Shown piece after piece: positions 63,817 through 64,000 of a stretch of DNA of 64,000 bases. Within the stretch, counting starts at the first letter, position 1. Each line of letters opens with the position of its first letter. Both the position numbers and the translations under genes were made by a program. Source of the stretch: Lytechinus pictus. Its lineage: Eukaryota. The stretch covers positions 7,256,001 to 7,320,000 of the forward strand of contig NC_087245.1 of NCBI RefSeq assembly GCF_037042905.1, in the 5' to 3' direction. The notes under the pieces are model-generated. The model was not told where the DNA came from. It saw only the letters and a list, made by a program, of their open reading frames with translations, and searched no databases.

Positions 63817-64000
63817 CTGATTTTTTACGACTTTAGATATTCATCACTTTGAATGTTTTCAATTGTGTATGAGTTCTGGACATAATTTTTTATGTAGTTT
63901 TAAGCTTGGATTTGTAAATTCTTGATACATGTACATGTAATTCTCTGCCAGTTATGGCCCATCTTTCAATTAATTTAAGTTTTGAAATATAATTTTTTTG

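Overview
AT-rich eukaryotic genomic DNA. The repeat and gene content suggest an echinoderm such as a sea urchin (inference). The whole window is the interior of one giant + strand gene encoding a hyalin-like HYR-repeat extracellular protein. I find 50 coding exons of 237-255 nt (the first is cut by the window edge). Each encodes one ~80-aa HYR domain (D-x-E-x-P...C-P...W...TDNSG...F-x-I-G-x-T-x-V-x-Y...D-x-x-G-N...C-x-F-x-V-x-V-x-G) and all are flanked by phase-1 introns, giving about 4,000 aa with no start or stop in view. The 5' two-thirds shows ongoing expansion: a 4-exon block duplication, an exact 1999-bp higher-order exon array, exon-restricted homogenisation, a pseudoexon and GC donors. 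Introns carry many transposon relics: Harbinger-, hAT-, Academ-, Sola-, Kolobok- and piggyBac-like non-autonomous elements, Helentron-type HINEs, a tRNA-SINE, a CR1/L2-group LINE and two Penelope-type minimal hammerhead motifs. TA>TACATGTA insertions resemble Tc1/mariner excision footprints. TE family assignments rest on termini and target-site duplications (TSDs) only, not on database searches.
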